Shown one piece after another: positions 59,340-64,000 of a stretch of 64,000 nt of DNA. Origin of the DNA: Eledone cirrhosa (Eukaryota); contig OZ024742.1 in NCBI GenBank assembly GCA_964016885.1, positions 23,436,001-23,500,000 of the forward strand, given 5' to 3'. Positions within the stretch are counted from its first letter, which is position 1; each line of letters starts with the position of its first letter. Made by a program: the position numbers and the translations under genes. Below the pieces are notes generated by a model. The model did no database searches, was not told the DNA's origin, and saw only the letters and a list, made by a program, of their open reading frames with translations.

Positions 59340-59834
59340 TTTTATTACTCCAAGATAAACTTACATAGGAATACAAGTGAAAACATTTATGTAATCCTCT
59401 TGTTGAGTCAAACAACACCGTACGCTAAAACTATCCATACTAAGAAGTATTCACAACCCCTAACAGGATCACCTATAACGATATTTTGTTATCCCTTATA
59501 TATATATATATATAATTTGTGTGGGATGCTTAAAGCGTCCGCATGCGGAAGGCTGTTTGAGCACTCGATGCTCTTACAGGGCTGAGTATAACATCACATA
59601 AGAAACGGAGAATCAGTGGTGCGATCTTTTGAAGCAGAGTTTTCAAATTTGGAAATTCTGATTCGAAAGATCGGGACGTATCTGAGGAGCTTGCGATTTC
59701 AAAGTCAGTTTCGATCATCGCATCGACCGCACCTCGAGCTGGTCGCCCGAAAAGCGATTATAATATGTCTAATACATTTTAATTCGTCGCACCACTGATT
59801 CTCCATTTCTTATGTTATATATATATATATATAT

Positions 59835-60512
59835 AGTAATAATAATAAATTTGAAGACTAAAATCCAAAGAGGGCTCGATAAGGATAAATATATATCAAA
59901 TATATAAGAACCGTAGACCAAATATTTATTAAAATAACAGATTAAAGTTTAAGCAAATAATTGCTGCTTTCACCCTTAACTGGATCTTCTGAAACTAACA
60001 AAGTCAATCTGTGAACGCAGAAGGGAATATTTCAAAAAAAAAGCAACCGGAGGAGGACAGGAAACGATACTTTGGTTCGTGGAAACGTTCCCTTCACAAA
60101 ACATACAGGTAATATATACTTACTTATACAAATAAATAATGTGGGGCTGTAATACAGGAAAGGTTTGTGCAATTTATGTTTACAAGCCGAAATTGCCTCA
60201 GATCTTTTGTTTAAGATGTGGTCTTTGGCGTAGAGTATTTCCAGCGCCTCAGCGGCGCAGAGTTCACATGGTCTTTTATTTCCGTTATACGATCTAGCCC
60301 TAGCTAGGATCTCCTTGGGTGTGGTTGTCTTTTAGACTCCAGATATAAGTTGAAAGGGACGTCATATTCCTTCTTAAAGGGTAACGAAAAGAATAGGTAT
60401 GCATGTAAAGACGCTACTTGAATCTATTGGCGGTTAACTCTATGTAGGCTCTACGGGATGTGGGTGTTTCAACCTTACATTTGTAGACAATATTACTAGA
60501 GAGGCATTTCCC
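59835..60512 (-). mobile_element. PLE fragment (GIY-YIG paralogous to PLE-1) with pLTR; degenerate HHR at ~59946-59997
   Basis: GKCLSSNIVYKC..AYIELTA..RLYMH..LSTYIWSLKD..CELCAAE..LNKRSE..ACKH. Confidence 0.8.
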
Positions 60513-61557
60513 GGATATGCCTTTCTGTCAATTATGGCCGAGAAGCATCCTGTGTAGCATCGCGTCTACTCAAGAGACCAGCGTGCCTTCCACTGTCCTC
60601 ACAATTGACTCACAACGCCGCATCTATTCCCTGCGACGCCCCGAAACATCACCAGCATGGCTTATTTTTCTGCCGCGTTTAACCGGCCCTCATTCTAGGC
60701 CATAAACAACAAAACCGCACGATGATGCTGCGTAAGTCTATTTAAATTAATGGTCAACATGTTCAGCCAAACAATTGTGCCAATTCTTCCTCTTCACCTC
60801 CAAGGCCTATCCATTACATCTTAGAGGTTGGGATTCGCAATTTATACGATTTCAATATTGACACAACAGTCCGTCTGGTTTTTCGGCACATGTTGCTCTG
60901 ATAGGAATATCAACGTGATTTTCACTTAATTTGTAAGTGTTCAGTCTTCCGTATGCTTTTATTTTTTATTGATACAACACCGACTACAATCATCTAACTT
61001 CACTTTGTAGGCTAGACGCGAATCACAAGGAAAACAATCCTCTGATATACAACCCCACCAAATTCTTTGGTCTACCTAGATTTCAATAGCTATATCATTT
61101 GCTTTTGCACGGTTGTAAATTTGACAATGTCGCAAAACATTATACCACTTGATTCTTACCTTTCAGCAATGAATTGGGCAGTGTCTTAAAATCCCGGTTT
61201 ATTTGCGTGCAATTTTTTGGTATCTTATGAATGGAGAATCGAAAACCCTTTTTCTCATAACCTGATACATGCGTTACACATGCTCCATGGATGTTTGTGG
61301 ACTATTTTTTCAAAATACCAATATCACAGATAGGAGCACAAAAAGAAACGTTTGTTCTTCATTTATTTCGAATAAAGCATCCTGCTGGAATTTGGCTCAG
61401 ACCCATTTAAATCCAGCGCCTTATAACCCCGAATGTATCCGGGTACACCAGCTAGAAGGACAAATGGAAACATTGTTTCCCCGGTCCGATTTGACGAAAG
61501 ACGATTTAGTTCCACAACAAATTAACAAACCATACTTGAAGACACGTTGAGGCTGTT

Positions 61558-62162
61558 GCAAAGGGCAATAACCCTAGACACAATTTTGATCAACTTTTTT
61601 TCACCTATAGCAAATTTACCGGGACAGGTTTGTAGCTACTCAAATCTACTTCAGGGGTCACGCATTCATGTAAAAAAATCAATAAAACTGAAGTGGGGGT
61701 TCGACTTTGCGCAAAAAACAAGGCAAAGTTGCACATGGGAAAACTTTTTAAAGGAAAGTCCGATTTTCTTGAAAACTGTTGCAAAAGACTCGCCATTATG
61801 CCCCGGTTCAGATAAAGTTCCTTTTATGTCTTCTTCTGCACATTTGAGCGCGGAAATTGTAAAAAAAAATAACTGTGAAAAAATCGACTTTTTCACCCTG
61901 CTTTAAAAATCAACTGAAAATTCAATTTCAAGTGAATTTGACTTCCGTCAGTCGTGCAAAGAACAATTTCAACGATACACTGTGAACCTACAATTGATCC
62001 AATATTTATGCTCAATTACACACCTGCGTCTACTAACCTCTGTTTTTTTCCTTGAGGTTTGAAGGTTTTTGCACCTGTGATGCGCGGGAAGTAACTTTTA
62101 CACATTTTAACAACAGAGCAAAGGTCGACTTACACCTGGGCAACGCCGGGTACTTCTGTTAG
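61558..62162 (+). mobile_element. Helitron 3' portion (homologous to 45914-46497)
   Basis: cctgggcaacgccggg tacttctg TTAG|t; ~600-bp homology. Confidence 0.75.
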
Positions 62163-62406
62163 TTTCTTATAAGCGAAATATACTCAATCGTAATCCGCGT
62201 TTTGTTTTCATTTTTGTTGATATGGATCTATCTCTCGCTCTCGCTCTCTCTCTATCTCTCTCTCTACACACACATATATATATATATACACACACACACA
62301 TACACACACACACACACATATATATATATATTTAATGTACGTATGAATATGGACGCTTAAAAAAATGTATCGTTCGAGTGAAGTTATGAAATACATATAA
62401 ATTTAA

Positions 62407-62600
62407 GTCTAACTGAACAAAAAAGAAAAACGAACCCAAACATATACATGTATGTGTTCAAATCGTAATGGATCAGAATCGCTAAGGTGAAAAAATACTG
62501 TAGTTAGTATTTTTTTCACCTTAGCGATTCTGTTCCATTACAATTTGAACACATACATGATTATATCTGTGTTCGTTTTTCTTTTTTGTTCAGTTATACT
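62407..62600. repeat. ~190-bp palindrome
   Basis: ..cagaatcgctaaggtgaaaaaatact / agtatttttttcaccttagcgattctg.. Confidence 0.85.
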
Positions 62601-63609
62601 ATACGGCCTGTAAACGCCTTTTTCCTAGAGCTAATTTTACTGTAATGAGACTATTTTGAGTTTCTAACTCAATACAGGCCTTTGATATAAATTTAAGTCT
62701 ATAAAACTGGAGAAGAAAAAAGTCACTTTTCTCCAGCTGAGAGGAAAATATTGAAATTATTACAAAACAAACACTATACAAACTTTAAACATAGTTATCA
62801 TTATCGTAGTTTACTTCAGCCATTGAGCTGACGGTCATGCTGAAATAACGCCTCCAATGTTGCATTAGTAATTCCCTTCTAGAACTCAAGCCAGTTGTTG
62901 TTATTTTTATTTGTGTGTGTATGTGTGCTATTGTGTGTGTGTGTGTGTTTCCTGTTCTATCCACACCATCTTTGCGTTTAAATTTCCCACACTGTCCTCT
63001 ATGTTGTGGTTCCAAAAGATAAATACACACAAAACTTAATTCTAATGTACAGACATATATGGATATAAGAAATATAATAAGGCGAGAGGTAAGTATATTT
63101 TCCATGGACTTAGAAAATATCCGTTCCTCCCACCTCAAGATATTTTTTATATCCTTATTATATCAAATTTAGCTCTTTTGCTTTTGTTTGTAAAATTTGT
63201 TTTCGTTCTTCACAAAGAATGTTTACCTAAGTATGTTCATTCAGCATTAATATAAAAACTGTAATAGATAAGCTGACACTGTAAAATTTATGTATGTATG
63301 AATGCATATATAAATGTATGCATGTATGTGTGTGGATGTATGTATGTATATATGTATGAATGCACATATATATGTATTTGTTTATGTGTGTATGTATGTG
63401 ACGATGTATGTATGTGAGTATGTATATATGTACGCTTTTGTGTGTGTATGTATTTAAATATGTGTGTGCGTATGTAATTCTCTATGTGTGTTTGTGTACA
63501 GATATAGATGTTATTGTATATATAATAGAAGTTATATGTATACACATGCATGCTTCTGTATCTATACATATGTAAATGCTAAATTTCTAAAATATTTTAT
63601 GTATATTTA

Positions 63610-64000
63610 CTGTTCCAGTATGGACTGTACTTGGAGCCTCTGAATGTCTCAAGTCTCATGTCTCTCTGGTTCCGTGAAGACCAGCTTCTCAAGATTTCTA
63701 CTGAAGCAGTTAGTACCATATCCAAGAGTCCCAATCAGCATGGATACAATCGAACGGTATAGTTAGAGTGGAGTATCTGCAGATTCCCCATTAGTTCAGC
63801 ATACAATGTATCCTTTTCGCTAATATTTAGAATTATATCGACATCTGATGGATAGCTGATCTCCACTACTGTGCATGAATTATTTTCTCCCTCTCTAATC
63901 TCTATGCCTGGTATATGTTTACATTTTATTTTGGTTTTGACTGGAATATTCCACCAGTACTCCTTCATATTATATATGGATATACCCCCTACATCATTGT
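63610..64000 (-). mobile_element. R4/Dong-like LINE REL endonuclease 3' fragment
   Basis: YWWNIPVKT..CKH.P.I..CTVVEISYPSD..ISEK..Y..L..GTLG. Confidence 0.7.

Noticed and set aside
59520-59600. Twister-like UAA...GAGUA arrangement
   Set aside because: Conserved L4/pseudoknot residues do not match

Overview
Non-genic, AT-rich animal genomic DNA. The microsatellite density and SINE families suggest an octopus/cephalopod, but that is an inference. I found no intact host gene, and almost all ORFs in the track are microsatellite artefacts. The window is a mosaic of (TA)n/(CA)n microsatellites, minisatellites and mobile elements: at least six Penelope-like element (PLE) copies or fragments (RT + GIY-YIG), RTE, CRE-like and R4-like LINE remnants, tRNA-derived SINEs, mariner remnants and Helitrons. 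The main discovery is a large, diverse set of type I hammerhead ribozyme (HHR) motifs. The centrepiece (52592-58050) is a 5.46-kb array of a near-invariant, non-coding 310-bp unit, each copy carrying a minimal HHR (17 in total). It is arranged as two divergent arms forming a giant palindrome inserted in (TA)n. It looks like a very recent retrozyme-type insertion (circular RNA copied by rolling-circle reverse transcription) with the same inverted architecture as the neighbouring PLEs. About ten other HHR families, including unusual core variants and long stem II forms, occur in PLE pseudo-LTRs and small fold-back elements. All structures were read by eye; boundaries are approximate and no ribozyme activity is demonstrated.
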